Source of the DNA: an uncultured delta proteobacterium | GTDB lineage: Bacteria > Myxococcota_A > Polyangia > Polyangiales > Polyangiaceae | NCBI GenBank assembly: GCA_963850305.1 | Contig: CAWKKR010000008.1 | Span: forward strand, 64,001-128,000 | Reading direction: 5' to 3' | DNA length: 64,000 nucleotides | Shown: positions 19,126 through 30,239 of the stretch, piece after piece | Numbering within the stretch: position 1 is the first letter of the stretch | Layout of the letters: every line of letters starts with the position of its first letter | Program-made: the position numbers and the translations under genes | The notes under the pieces: model-generated | What the model saw: the letters and a program-made list of their open reading frames with translations, nothing else | What the model was told of the DNA's origin: nothing | Databases searched by the model: none

Positions 19126-20370
19126 TTACCAGGCGTACTTCTTGAAGAAGGCCCACTCGAGCTCGGTCGCGCTCGCGAATCCGGCACCGGAACCGATGCA
19201 GTTCTGACACGTCGGCGCTCCGGCCCACGCATGGGCGAGCGTCGGGAACGTGCAGAGCTCGACTTGCCCGTCGGCGGGACAGCCATCGTAGAGATAGCAC
19301 TGGCCGTCGTTTCCCCCGGTCCCCGGCTCCGGGATGGTCTGGTAAGTCGTCTGGCAGCCGTTCTTTTGAGCCCAGAGCGTTGCGGACGGAGGGAAGCCGG
19401 TCTGGGCAGCTGCATTCGGGTCGTCGCAACCCGGCGCAATCAGAGGGTCCGCGCCGCCGTGGAAGATGATGATGGGCATGTGCCCGGTCTTGCAGCCGTC
19501 GAGGCTCGCAATGGTGGCCCCCGAGTGGGGCGCGACGGCACGGAAGTCCGGGCGGTCACAGGCGATGTGGTGCGAGAAGTAACCACCCATCGAGAACCCG
19601 GTGGCGAACATGTGACTCGTGTCGAGGCACTGGTCCTGCAGGACGTCCGCCTTGATGGCGTCGAGGAACGCGAAGTCCACGGGGTTCGGGTTACCCGCGA
19701 GTGAACCGAGGCCGCAGCATGGGGCGCCATCGGAGACGTTCCACGGCGCGAGAACGCCCGTGCCGGTCGCGGACGATGCCCCCTGCCCGTCGGGGAACAC
19801 GACAGCGATCCCCTCGCTATCCGCGAGCTGCGCGTATTCGGTCATATCGTAGAGCTCCGATCCGGTCTGCGAAGCGCCGTGGAAGACGTAGACGAACGGG
19901 AGCGGAGTCGCGGGGTTCGCCGCCTGGGGCAGGTACGCGACGTAGGACCGCTGCGTGCCGCCGACCGTTAGCGTGCGCAGCGTCTTGCCGCGCTGGCCTG
20001 TTCGCGTCCCGCAATTCTCGCCCGTCGCCGGCGAGCCTCCAGCACCGAACGCGCCCGAGGAGCCGCCGCTCGAAGTCGTGCCTCCCACGCCACTCCCTCC
20101 CGAGCCTGCGCCGGCGAATCCCGGGAAGCCACCGCTCGACGTCGCGCCTGCGTTACCGGCGCCACCGACGAAGCCGCCGGCTCCGACCGGAGGAGTGCCG
20201 CCGAACGCCGTTGCTCCTCCCATCCCGGTGGAGCCCCCCGTGGACGCGTCCAACAACGGCGGGTTGCTCGTGCCCGCGGGAAGCGGATCGCTCGTGGCAC
20301 ATCCGGCAAGCGCCACGGCGACGCACCCGGCGAAGGCCACCCTCGACTGATTCGTCTGCATTATGCGCAT
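19126..20370 (-). CDS. Lipoprotein esterase, PHB-depolymerase/LpqC-like alpha/beta hydrolase
   Basis: Lipobox ALAGC, Gly-rich linker, VFHGA, GFSMGG nucleophile elbow, HGGADP, HAW. Confidence 0.88.
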   Translation of the reverse strand: MRIMQTNQSRVAFAGCVAVALAGCATSDPLPAGTSNPPLLDASTGGSTGMGGATAFGGTPPVGAGGFVGGAGNAGATSSGGFPGFAGAGSGGSGVGGTTSSGGSSGAFGAGGSPATGENCGTRTGQRGKTLRTLTVGGTQRSYVAYLPQAANPATPLPFVYVFHGASQTGSELYDMTEYAQLADSEGIAVVFPDGQGASSATGTGVLAPWNVSDGAPCCGLGSLAGNPNPVDFAFLDAIKADVLQDQCLDTSHMFATGFSMGGYFSHHIACDRPDFRAVAPHSGATIASLDGCKTGHMPIIIFHGGADPLIAPGCDDPNAAAQTGFPPSATLWAQKNGCQTTYQTIPEPGTGGNDGQCYLYDGCPADGQVELCTFPTLAHAWAGAPTCQNCIGSGAGFASATELEWAFFKKYAW

Positions 20371-20429
20371 CGTGCCTCGCAGGAGTTGGAGTGGAGGGAA
20401 TCGAGATGACGAGCTGGAGGAGCGCGCGC

Positions 20430-21905
20430 TCACGGATTGAGGAGCTGCACGCGTCCGTAACCACCGCCACCGCCCGGGCTGCCTCCTACGCAGTCCTGCC
20501 CGGTGGTGCCCGGACTGTTGTTGCGCGTGGAGCCAGCGCTGCCGTTCGAGCAATGGAAGTAGCCTCCGTCGGGACCGCCCTTGCCACCGTTCGCCGTGAT
20601 CGTGGATCCCGTCGTCGCGAGCGTGCTCGCCTCGAGGAGGATCCCTCCGCCGCTGCCGCCGCCCGAGCCCCCGCCTTCGTCGCTCGTCCCGCAGTCGAGC
20701 GCTCCGTCGCCTCCGTTCGCGATCACGCTGCCCGTCACCGTCAGCGTCCCAGCCGACGATATCTGCACCGCGCCGCCGCCCGCGCCGCCCGCGGAGCTGC
20801 AACCGCCGGCACTGCCGCCGGCGCACCCGGCCCACAACGGGTCCGACGCGCTCATCGTTCGCGCGACCCCGCCCGTGCCACCCGGCTGAACGACGAGGCT
20901 GCCGCCGCAGCATTTGTCCGTGTTCGCCTTGCCGCCGTCGCCTCCGTCCGTCACGAACCCGCCGCCGCCGCCTCCGCTAGCGCCGTCGTTTCTCGCCGTA
21001 TCGCCGGAGCCGGCGCCACCCTGGCTCGCTCCGCACGACACGTTACCGCCGGCACCTGGCGTCGGGCCCGTCGCGCTGGCGTCCACCTTCCCCGCGATGC
21101 CCACGTCTCCGAACACCGCGAGGATCACGGGGCGCGTACCCGTCAGCTGCAGCGTCGCGGCCTTGGCCACCGTAAGCGCGTTCAGCGGCAGCACCACCAC
21201 GTCCGGACCGCCCGCCTGCGTCAGCACCACCGGCGTCGGCTGGAACTGTCCACACCAGTTGCCGAAACTCAGGCTCCCGGAATCGAACGTCGATATGCCG
21301 CACCCGAGCACCACCGTCGAGCTCGTCGTCACTGCGCCTTGATAGGTACTCGGGTCGAAGTGGGTCGGCGTGTACCCGAAGCTCACCACCGTCCCACTCG
21401 TCCCGCCGCCGCTGCCACTCGCTCCACCAGAGCCCGTCGCGCCACCATCACCGATCGTTCCACCCGAACCCGATCCCCCACCCGAACCCGATCCCCCACC
21501 CGAACCCGATCCCCCACCCGAACCCGATCCCCCACCCGATCCGATCATGCCGCCCGCGCCCACATCGCCGCCCGAACCCGATCCCCCGCCCGAACCCGAT
21601 CCCCCGCCCGAACCCGATCCCCCACCCGATCCGATCATGCCGCCCGCGCCAACATCGCCGCCCGCGCCCGATCCCCCACCCGATCCGATCACGCCGCCCG
21701 CGCCAACATCGCCGCCCGCGCCCACTTCGCCGCCCGAACCCGATCCCCCACCCGATCCGATCATGCCGCCCGCGCCTGACGCGCCGCCGCTCGAAAGCCC
21801 AGCGTCCCACGAGAGCACGGATTGAGATTGGACGTCCTGCCCCCTGGCGCACGCCGAACCGAGCAGAGCGAAACCGATCGCGATTCGCGTACTAAGGATG
21901 CTCAT
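20430..21905 (-). CDS. Gly-rich lipoprotein with GGAGGG-x-I/V repeat domain (adhesin-like)
   Basis: Lipobox LGSAC, long GSGGG linker, GGAGGGAVQISSAGTLTVTGSVIANGG and GGGSGGGILLEA repeats. Confidence 0.8.
   Translation of the reverse strand: MSILSTRIAIGFALLGSACARGQDVQSQSVLSWDAGLSSGGASGAGGMIGSGGGSGSGGEVGAGGDVGAGGVIGSGGGSGAGGDVGAGGMIGSGGGSGSGGGSGSGGGSGSGGDVGAGGMIGSGGGSGSGGGSGSGGGSGSGGGSGSGGTIGDGGATGSGGASGSGGGTSGTVVSFGYTPTHFDPSTYQGAVTTSSTVVLGCGISTFDSGSLSFGNWCGQFQPTPVVLTQAGGPDVVVLPLNALTVAKAATLQLTGTRPVILAVFGDVGIAGKVDASATGPTPGAGGNVSCGASQGGAGSGDTARNDGASGGGGGGFVTDGGDGGKANTDKCCGGSLVVQPGGTGGVARTMSASDPLWAGCAGGSAGGCSSAGGAGGGAVQISSAGTLTVTGSVIANGGDGALDCGTSDEGGGSGGGSGGGILLEASTLATTGSTITANGGKGGPDGGYFHCSNGSAGSTRNNSPGTTGQDCVGGSPGGGGGYGRVQLLNP
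21460..21775 (-). repeat. Coding 18-bp tandem repeats (GSGSGG / GAGGDV / GAGGMI linker)
   Basis: Repeated CCCGAACCCGATCCCCCA/G and CCGATCCGATCATGCCGCCCGCGCC on the + strand. Confidence 0.9.
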
Positions 21906-22066
21906 GCGCGCTTCCCTGAGTCTCACACGCCGGGGCTTGCCCCGGCGCGCCATTCTGTTGCCCAGCGGCGCCACGTGCCCGCGCGCACGCCCTCCCCGGG
22001 GCGTTGCCGTTTCGGCGGGGGCCGCGTTTTGCGTTCGGGGTCTGCACCGTGCTAGCCGTGCACACC

Positions 22067-25010
22067 ATGCGCACCCGGTCGTCGTTCTCGTCGACTCCAC
22101 GAGCCGGCACGCCCCGCGCACGACCGCACGATGTCATCGAGATCACCGGCGCGCGCGAGCACAACCTGAAGGTCGACCACCTGGTCCTGCCGAAGAACGC
22201 GCTGGTCGTGTTGACGGGTCCGAGCGGCTCGGGAAAGTCGAGTCTCGCGTTCGATACGCTCTACGCGGAGGGGCAGCGGCGCTACGTGGAGTCGCTCTCG
22301 ACGTACGCGCGTCAGTTCCTCGGAAGGCTCGATCGGCCCGCGGTCGAGCGGCTACGCGGGCTCTCGCCAACGATCGCCATCGAGCAGAAGAGCGCATCGT
22401 CCAATCCGCGTTCGACGGTCGGCACCATCACGGAGCTCCACGATTATCTGCGCGTCCTCTGGGCGAAGGCGGGCCGGCAGCACTGTACCGTGTGCGGGCT
22501 GGAGGTGCGAAGCCGGAGCGTGGACGAGATCGCCGAGGACGTTCTCGCGCTGCCAAGGGGGTCGAAGGTCCTCTTCTATGCGCCGATCGTGATGCACCGA
22601 AAAGGAGAGTTCCGGGAGCTCTTTGCGGAGCTCCTCGGGCGCGGCTTCGCGCGGGTTCGGGTGGACGGAACCGTGCACCGGCTGGAAGCCCCTCCCGCGC
22701 TCGACAAGAAGAAGAAGCATTCCGTGGAGCTCGTGCTCGATCGTCTCACTGTGGAGCCTGCATCGCGCCCGCGGATCGCCGAAGCGGTGGAACTCGGCCT
22801 CCGCGAGGGGAAGGGAGAGCTCCTCGCGGAGCCGGAACGCGGAGCGCCGCGACGCTTCTCGGCGGCCCGCGCGTGCTGCGGCAAGAGCTACCCGGAACCG
22901 TCGCCGGCGAGCTTCTCGTTCAACTCGCCCGTGGGGATGTGCAGCGCGTGCAACGGCCTGGGCACCCGTACGGAGATCGATCCGGACCTCGTCGTGCCGG
23001 ATCGGTCGCGGTCGATCCGCGAGGGCGCGATCGCCCCCTGGGCCACCTCCGTCGAGCGCGGGGAAGGCTGGACGTTTCGCATCATCGAGGGCATGGCGAA
23101 AGCGACGGGCGTCGATCTCGACGTGCCGTTCGGCAAGCTGTCGAAGAAGCTCCGCGATCAGGTGCTTTACGGACTCGAAGGCAAGAAAATCCAGGTGACC
23201 TGGGGCGAGGCCGGGACGGAGAGCCACGGCACGTGGGGCGTCCGCTTCCAGGGCGTCATCCCGAATTTGATGCGGCGGTATCGGGAGACCAGCTCGGAGA
23301 AGATGCGCGAGCAGTACCAGAAGTACCTGAGCGAGGTGGTCTGCGACCAGTGCAACGGCCAGAGGCTTCGCGCCGAGAGCCTGTCGGTCCGCGTGGGCGG
23401 ACGCGGCATCGCGGACGTGGCGGCCCTGTCCGTGCAAGACTGCCGCACCTGGTTCGACGCGCTCGCTCTACGGGAGAGCGACCGTAAGATCGCGGAGGGG
23501 CCGCTTCGCGAAATCCACGGCCGGCTCGAGTTCCTGCTCGACGTCGGGCTCGAGTACCTGAGCCTCGACCGCTCGGGACCGACCCTCTCCGGCGGCGAAG
23601 CGCAGCGGATCCGCCTGGCGAGTCAGCTCGGCAGCGAGCTGTCCGGGGTGCTCTACGTGCTCGATGAGCCGAGCATCGGGCTTCATCCGCGCGACAACCA
23701 GCGGCTGATCCGCACCCTCTACCACCTTCGAGATCTGGGTAACTCCGTCCTCGTCGTCGAGCACGACCAGGAGACGATCCTGGCGGCGGATCACGTCGTG
23801 GATTTCGGACCGGGCGCGGGGCACCTCGGCGGGCAGGTGACGTTCGAGGGGCCACCCGCGGCGCTCGCCAAGGCCAAGGGCAGCCTGACGGCGGACTACA
23901 TCGCTGGGCGCAGGCGTATCGAGGTGCCGGCTCTGCGGCGCAAACCTACCGGGGCACTCGTCGTGCGGGGTGCGCGGGAGAACAACCTGAAGGACATCGA
24001 CGTGACCTTTCCGCTCGGCTGCATCGATCGCCATCACGGGTCCGAGCGGCGCCGGAAAGAGCTCCCTCGTGAACGGCATTCTCTTGCCCGCGCTCGCGAG
24101 GGAGCTTCACCAGGCCACCGACCGCGTCGGTGCACACCGCGCGATCGAAGGCAAGAACGGCATCGACAAGGTGATCGCCATCGATCAGCGGCCCATTGGA
24201 CGCACACCGCGGAGCAACCCCGGCACCTACACGAAGGCGTTCGACGAGATCCGCACCATCTTCGCGCAGCTCCCGGACGCGCGCGTGCGGGGGTGGGACG
24301 CGGCGCGCTTCAGCTTCAATCTGAAGGGTGGCCGCTGCGAGGCTTGCGAGGGAGACGGCGTCGTCCGCGTGGAGATGCACTTTCTGAGCGACGTGTACGT
24401 GACCTGCGACGTCTGCCAGGGCAAACGCTACGACGCCGAGACACTCTCCGTGAAGTACAAGGGGAAGAGCATTGCCGACATCCTGGACACGGACGTCGAC
24501 GCCTGCGAGAAGCTGTTCTCAGCGCACTCCGGGCTCGCGCGGATCCTGCGCACCCTCTCGAACGTCGGCCTCGGCTACGTGAAGCTCGGCCAGCCCGCGC
24601 CGACGCTCTCGGGCGGGGAGGCGCAGCGGATCAAGCTGTCCCGGGAGCTCTCGCGCACTCAGACACGCCGCACCCTCTACGTCCTCGACGAGCCCACGAC
24701 GGGCCTCCATTTCGACGACGTGCGGCGTCTGCTCGACGTCATCCGGCGGCTCGTCGATGCGGGGAACACGGTGGTCGTCATCGAGCATCACCTCGACGTC
24801 GTGAAATGCGCCGACCACGTGGTCGACATGGGTCCGGGAGGGGGCGACGCCGGCGGTCACGTCGTGGCGGAGGGCACGCCGGAGGCGATTGCGAGGAGCC
24901 GGAAGAGCGTGACGGGCCCGCACCTGGCGCCGTTCCTCGGACTACGAGCCCCGCGAGGTAGCTCGCCGAATCAACGGGTGATCTCGAACGCGAGGGCGGC
25001 TCCATCGTAG
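22067..25010 (+). CDS. uvrA: Excinuclease ABC subunit A (one +1 frameshift near 24026)
   Basis: [48 protein letters not shown], second ATPase [11 protein letters not shown] and [15 protein letters not shown], Zn-finger Cys pairs. Confidence 0.97.
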
Positions 25011-25025
25011 TATAGTCTCGCGCAT

Positions 25026-25475
25026 ATGATTCGCAGGATTCTCGCGACCGTGGACGACTCACCGAGGGCCGTGTGCGTCGTCACGATGGCGGCGGAAGTT
25101 GCGCGGAGCTCCGCAGCCACCGTTCGTGTCTACCACGCCGTCGCGGTCCCCCCGGACTTCCCGCCCGCGGCGGCAACACGGACGGCGGACTTACTGCCGG
25201 CGTATCTCCATGAGCGCGCGGTCGAACGACTTCAGGAGCTCGCGGCCCACCTCGAGGGCGTGCCGTTCGACACCGTGGTCGAGGAGGCGCAACACACCGC
25301 GAGAGCCATCGTGGCTGCCGCGGTTTTCTACGACGCGGACCTCATCGTGATCGGGAGTCACCGCCATGTCTTCATGGACCGCCTGCTCGGGACGACCTCG
25401 GGGCACGTCGTGAACACCTCGCCTCGGGACGTTCTCGTCGTGCGCCGGGATCCATGCGAAGGATCGCCCGCATGA
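25026..25475 (+). CDS. Universal stress protein
   Basis: RILATVDDS...ADLIVIGSH...LLGTTS. Confidence 0.9.
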   Translation: MIRRILATVDDSPRAVCVVTMAAEVARSSAATVRVYHAVAVPPDFPPAAATRTADLLPAYLHERAVERLQELAAHLEGVPFDTVVEEAQHTARAIVAAAVFYDADLIVIGSHRHVFMDRLLGTTSGHVVNTSPRDVLVVRRDPCEGSPA

Positions 25476-25934
25476 TCGAATTCAAACACGTCCTCGTCCC
25501 GACCAACTTCTCGGAGCCCTCTCGGCACGCGCTCGAGAATCGCCATGGACCTTGCCGGCAAATATCGAGCCTCGCTCACGCTCGTCCACGTCTGCGAGAT
25601 CCCCGCCTACGGCTATTCGGGGATGCAGCTCGGAGGCACGGACTTCTTCACTCCCCTTCGAGAAGCGGCACGACGCCACCTCGACGACGAGATGCGCGAG
25701 CTCCGGAAGACCGTGCCGGAAGCCACCGGGATCCTGCGCATCGGAATTCCCGCGCAGGAAATCCTTCAGACCATGAACGAGACCCATGCCGACCTGGTCG
25801 TCATGGGGACCCACGGGCGCCGCGGGCTCGAGCACTTGCTTCTCGGGAGCGTGGCCGAGAAAGTCGTCCGCATGTCACCCGTTCCGGTCCTGACGGTTCG
25901 CGACAGCGGCACCTCCCCCGCGCAGGGCGAGTGA
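25472..25934 (+). CDS. Universal stress protein (one +1 frameshift near 25538)
   Basis: [17 protein letters not shown] in one frame; [28 protein letters not shown] in the next. Confidence 0.9.
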
Positions 25935-25986
25935 CCAGATCCATCGCGTGCCGCCCGGCCGAAACATCGAAGTATAGGAAGCAATC

Positions 25987-26436
25987 ATGAAACGAATCGA
26001 ACGCATCGTCGTGGGAACGGATTTCAGCCCCGTCGCGGAACGGGCCCTGGACGAGGCGCTGGACCTCGCCTCCCAGCTCGGCGCAAGCGTGATCCTCGTG
26101 CACGCCTACGAGATCCCGGCTTTCAGCTTTCCCGATGCGGTCGTCACGGCGACGTCGGAGATGGTGCAGGCGATCGCCACCGCGAGTCTCGCGGGCCTCG
26201 CGGCTTCGGTCGAGCGCCGAAAACAGCGGGGAATCGAGATTCGCACGGTGTTACGCGTCGGCGCGCCTTCGGATGAGCTCGAGGCGGTCGCGCGCGAAGA
26301 GGGCGCCGATCTCATCGTCGTCGGCACACACGGGCGCGGTGGCATTTCTCACGTGCTACTCGGGAGCGTCGCCGAACGCCTTCTCCGGAAGGCGACTCGC
26401 CCGGTCGTCGTCATTCGCGGGGCGGAGGCGTCGTGA
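25987..26436 (+). CDS. Universal stress protein
   Basis: RIVVGTDFS...ADLIVVGTHGRGGISHVLLGSVAERLLR. Confidence 0.95.
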   Translation: MKRIERIVVGTDFSPVAERALDEALDLASQLGASVILVHAYEIPAFSFPDAVVTATSEMVQAIATASLAGLAASVERRKQRGIEIRTVLRVGAPSDELEAVAREEGADLIVVGTHGRGGISHVLLGSVAERLLRKATRPVVVIRGAEAS

Positions 26437-26478
26437 CGCGCCTCCGGGCGGCCCAAATTCCGCTACGCTCGGGGAATC

Positions 26479-28734
26479 ATGCGCGTCCTGGTTCTTCGCG
26501 CTCCCCCGGCTCACGCTGCGGAGAGTCTGCCACCCTGCTTCGCCACGCCCATCGATGAAGGGGCGCTCCGCGAGTGGCTCGCGCACCCGAGCGCGCGCCG
26601 CGCCTTCTCCCCCGTGCGCGCCGGGGCACGGATAGAAGAGGTTCTGTCGACGCTCGACGGCGCTCACGGCGACCACGGCGATGCGATTGCCGTGCTTTAT
26701 GTGCCCGCGCGGACCCTCGTTGGTCCCGAGGATGCAGCGGCGCTCGACCTGGATGCGGCGTTCGCGCACACCAGCGCCGCAGCCGACGAAAGCGTCGAGA
26801 CGCTCATCGCGGACGCCGAGTCCTTCTTCGAAAAGGACGATTGGATCACAGCCGAGCGGCTGTTTCGCCTGGCCGACGACAAGCTCGGCGAAGAGACGAG
26901 CGTCCGGCGCGCCGAGGTCCTCGTCGGGCTCGGGGAGATCTCGCGTCTGCAGGGGCGCGCCGCGGAGGCCGCCCGGATCCTCGACCATGCGCTCTCGATG
27001 TCGCCCGGAAACCAGATCGCCCAGAGAGGCCGGACGACCCTCGCGCGGACTCTCGGCGAACACGCCCTCGCGGCGTCCCTGCTCCACCGCCTCGCTTCCA
27101 TCGAGAGTGATCCCCACGAGAAGGGCGAGCTGCTGAGCACGGTCGCCGCCGAGTCCCTCGAGGCCGCGCGCGAGGCGATTGCCGCGGCGCTCGTGCTCAA
27201 TCCGGCGGACAGGGGTCTCCTCGAGCGGCTGCGCGCCGCGTACGAGGCGGCGGGCAAGTGGGACGACGCGGTCACCGTGAGCGTTCAGCTCGCCGAGGGC
27301 ATCTCCGATCGCAAGGAGCGGGCTCGCGCGCTCGCGGCCGCGGCGGCGCTGTCCGCCTCTCGCACCCGTAATGCCGCGCGCGCGGTCGCCCTCTATGAAG
27401 CGGCCATCACCGACGATCCGCAGGTCCCCGGGGCCTTCGAGGCGATCGAAACCGCGCTCATCGCTGCTGGAGATTCGACGGGCCTCGCCGCGGCGTACGA
27501 GCGACAGATCGAGCGCCTTCCGGGCGAAGAGGCGTCCGCGGAACGCGTCGCGCTGCTCGGACGGTTCGCCGTGGTGCTCCGGGATTGGTTGAAGGACAAG
27601 CACGGCGCGATCCGCGCGCTCGACCGCCTCGCCGCCGCTGCTCCCGATAACCTGCAGGTCCGCATCGATCTCGCCGATCTGCTCGACGAGGTCGGCGAGC
27701 GCACGCTCGCCACGCGGTGTCTCGAGGTCGCGGCCCAGCAGGACCCCCTCGCCCCGTCGGTCTACCGGCGGCTCCTGCGTTCCTTCAAGAAGCTCGGCGA
27801 TCCGGACCGGGCCTTTGCGGCGAGCGCCGCCATGGTTGCCCTCGGAGAAGCCGACGGGGACGAGCAAGCGCTCTACGCCGAACACGCGCCGCTCTCGCCG
27901 CTCCCCTTCAAGCGCCCCTTCGACGACGACATCTGGACCGAGCTCGCGACGGACGAGCACGCAACCGACATCGAGTCCGTCTTCGCCGAGATCGAGGACG
28001 TCTGCATCGAAGCGTGGATCGCCACGCGCGAGCTCGGCGGCGGGCTCTCGAAGCCGCAGGAGGAACTCCGGGTGGACCCCGCGACGACGACCGTCACGGC
28101 GGTGCGCACCTTCGCCTGGGCGAGCCGTCTGATCGGCGTTCCCGAGCCGGCGCTCTACGCCGCGCCGGACAACGCGCGCGTGAGCGCCGCCACGCTCCCG
28201 GCACGTACGAAATCCGTGCTCCTCGGACGCCCCGTGCTCACCGGACGTTCCCCGGTGGAGCTCGTGTTCATCGCGGCGCGCCACCTTTCGTACTTTCGCC
28301 CCGGGCGTCACGTCCTCGCCTATTACCCCACGCGGCCCGAGCTCGAACAATTACTCCTCGCGGCCGTCACCGTGCTCCGTCCAGATCTCGTTCCACGGAC
28401 GTCGCTCCGTTCGTCGGCGCTCGACGTCGGCGCGCGCCTCGAGCGCACGCTCGATCCCGCTCGTCGCGCCCGTCTCGGCGTGGCCCTCGGCAAGATCTGG
28501 ACGGGCGGCGGCGTCGTGAATCTCCAAGGTTGGCTCCGGAGCGTCGAAGCAACCGCGTGCCGCGCCGCGCTGCTCGCAACGGGCGACATCGCCGTCGCAC
28601 GGCTCCTCCTGGCCGTATCCGGCGGTCCCGCAGGTGGCCTCTCCGCGGCCGATCGTGTGCGCGACCTGCTCGGCTTCTCCGTGACCCAGCGCTACGCCGC
28701 ACTCCGGCGATTGCTCGGCGTCAGCGTCGGGTAA
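26479..28734 (+). CDS. TPR-repeat protein, myxobacterial type
   Basis: Multiple TPR-like helices (AYEAAGKWDDAV, AVALYEAAITDDP); C-terminal TACRAALLATGD...YAALRRLLG motif. Confidence 0.8.
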   Translation: MRVLVLRAPPAHAAESLPPCFATPIDEGALREWLAHPSARRAFSPVRAGARIEEVLSTLDGAHGDHGDAIAVLYVPARTLVGPEDAAALDLDAAFAHTSAAADESVETLIADAESFFEKDDWITAERLFRLADDKLGEETSVRRAEVLVGLGEISRLQGRAAEAARILDHALSMSPGNQIAQRGRTTLARTLGEHALAASLLHRLASIESDPHEKGELLSTVAAESLEAAREAIAAALVLNPADRGLLERLRAAYEAAGKWDDAVTVSVQLAEGISDRKERARALAAAAALSASRTRNAARAVALYEAAITDDPQVPGAFEAIETALIAAGDSTGLAAAYERQIERLPGEEASAERVALLGRFAVVLRDWLKDKHGAIRALDRLAAAAPDNLQVRIDLADLLDEVGERTLATRCLEVAAQQDPLAPSVYRRLLRSFKKLGDPDRAFAASAAMVALGEADGDEQALYAEHAPLSPLPFKRPFDDDIWTELATDEHATDIESVFAEIEDVCIEAWIATRELGGGLSKPQEELRVDPATTTVTAVRTFAWASRLIGVPEPALYAAPDNARVSAATLPARTKSVLLGRPVLTGRSPVELVFIAARHLSYFRPGRHVLAYYPTRPELEQLLLAAVTVLRPDLVPRTSLRSSALDVGARLERTLDPARRARLGVALGKIWTGGGVVNLQGWLRSVEATACRAALLATGDIAVARLLLAVSGGPAGGLSAADRVRDLLGFSVTQRYAALRRLLGVSVG

Positions 28735-28839
28735 CCCTCGATCCTCGCTCATCCGGGGGCACGCGGGGCGTCCCGCGGCGGAGCTCGACAGAAGCGCGCC
28801 AGCAGGGAAACGCCGTCGCGGCGTCACCCCCCGCCACGA

Positions 28840-29544
28840 TTACCAGCTCTCCTTGAACGGACGCGCTTCCACCTCGAACGACCACGCGGAGCGCGGCTGC
28901 GTCGTCAGATGGAACGCCGTGTCGGCGAGATCGTCCGGCGCGACGAAGAAGTCGTCCGGCTTGTCCTTCATCATGGTGCGCGTCCGCGGCAGATCGACGA
29001 CGCCGTCCACGATGACGAGTGCGACGTGGATGTGCTGGGGCCACAGATGCCGCGCCATGGACTCGGTGAGGCTCTTCTGCGCCGCCTTCGCCGGCGCGAA
29101 GGCAGCGGTGCGAGCCACCCCGCGGCGGGAGGACGTCGCGCCGATCACGACGATATTGCCGCCACCTTGCCGCTTCATCGACGGGATGGCCTTCTTCGCG
29201 GCGAGCAGCAAGCCGAGCGCGTTCACGCGAAAGGACCCCTCGAGCGCCGACGGCTCGATGTCCTCGACCGTGCCCCACGTGCCCGAGCCCGCGTTGTAAG
29301 CCAGCGTGTGCACCGGCCCCATCTCCCGCTCGATCGCGTCGAAAGTCTTCGAGACCGACGCGGCGTCCGTCACGTCGCACTCGTAGGCCCGTGCACCCGG
29401 AAGACTCGCCGCGAGCGGCCCGCTCGTCGCGGACGTCCTCGCGAGGAGCGCGACGGCATAGCCCTCCTTCGCGAAGCGACGCCCGAGCGCCGCGCCGTTC
29501 CCCGGCCCTACCCCCACCACGACGCATATCTTCTTGGTTGTCAT
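28840..29544 (-). CDS. Short-chain dehydrogenase/reductase
   Basis: VVGVGPGNG, YNAG, FAPAKAAQ, IHVALVIVDG. Confidence 0.92.
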   Translation of the reverse strand: MTTKKICVVVGVGPGNGAALGRRFAKEGYAVALLARTSATSGPLAASLPGARAYECDVTDAASVSKTFDAIEREMGPVHTLAYNAGSGTWGTVEDIEPSALEGSFRVNALGLLLAAKKAIPSMKRQGGGNIVVIGATSSRRGVARTAAFAPAKAAQKSLTESMARHLWPQHIHVALVIVDGVVDLPRTRTMMKDKPDDFFVAPDDLADTAFHLTTQPRSAWSFEVEARPFKESW

Positions 29545-29589
29545 GACCTCGGCGTAGCACGGCCGGAGGCGGAACCCGCTTCAGACACG

Positions 29590-30216
29590 TCACGGCCGAT
29601 TCAGTCCACGCTCCTCGCGGATGGCGGCGTTGCGGGCTTCGGAGCGCTGCAGGGCGGGCCTTGCCGCCAGGCGTTCGGCATAGCCCGTGAAGAGCGGGCG
29701 CGGCTCGATCAGCTTGAACGCGAGCATGTAGCGGACCGTCCCGCCGAAGATCACGTCGGCCATCGAGAACGTGTCCCCGAGGATGAAGGTCCGGCCCTCG
29801 ATGGCGCTCTCCATTGCCGACAACATCGCCTCGTGCGACCCCCAACCCGCCTGCCCTTCCTTGAAATCCCAGCCCGCCCTCTTCGCCATGGCTCCGGGCT
29901 CGATGACGGAGGGCGCAAACAGGGACCACCGCAGATAGGTGCCTCGCGCCGGGTCATCGACCCGCGGCGCGAGGCGTCCAGGCGCGTACCGATCCGCCAG
30001 GTACAGGCCGATCGCCGCGGACTCCGTCACGACCACGTTGCCGTCCGTGAGGATCGGAAGCTTGCCCATCGGGTTCAGCGCGACAATCTGCGGCGCCTTC
30101 TGTTCCCCCTTCATGAGATCCACGTACGCGAGCTCGTACGGGACCCCGACTTCCTCGAGCATCCAGACTACGTTGGCCGCACGAGAAAACGGATGATGAT
30201 AGAGAACGATGGACAT
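29590..30216 (-). CDS. Glutathione S-transferase family protein
   Basis: LNPMGKLPIL, TESAAIGLYLAD, GDTFSMADV. Confidence 0.93.
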   Translation of the reverse strand: MSIVLYHHPFSRAANVVWMLEEVGVPYELAYVDLMKGEQKAPQIVALNPMGKLPILTDGNVVVTESAAIGLYLADRYAPGRLAPRVDDPARGTYLRWSLFAPSVIEPGAMAKRAGWDFKEGQAGWGSHEAMLSAMESAIEGRTFILGDTFSMADVIFGGTVRYMLAFKLIEPRPLFTGYAERLAARPALQRSEARNAAIREERGLNRP

Positions 30217-30239
30217 GCTTGCTGCCTCGAGCCGAAAAC

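Noticed and set aside
19701..21825. Long plus-strand ORFs (692 aa, and a PEPDPP-repeat 151 aa)
   Set aside because: These are antisense shadows of the Gly-rich lipoprotein genes. The minus-strand frame has the signal peptide and coherent domains.
24000..24070. Programmed frameshift or split uvrA
   Set aside because: There is no slippery sequence. A single extra G interrupts an otherwise intact gene, consistent with sequencing error.
26356..28350. 664-aa minus-strand ORF and similar long R/A/G-rich ORFs throughout the window
   Set aside because: Shadow ORFs are expected in high-GC DNA. They overlap well-supported genes and have no motifs.
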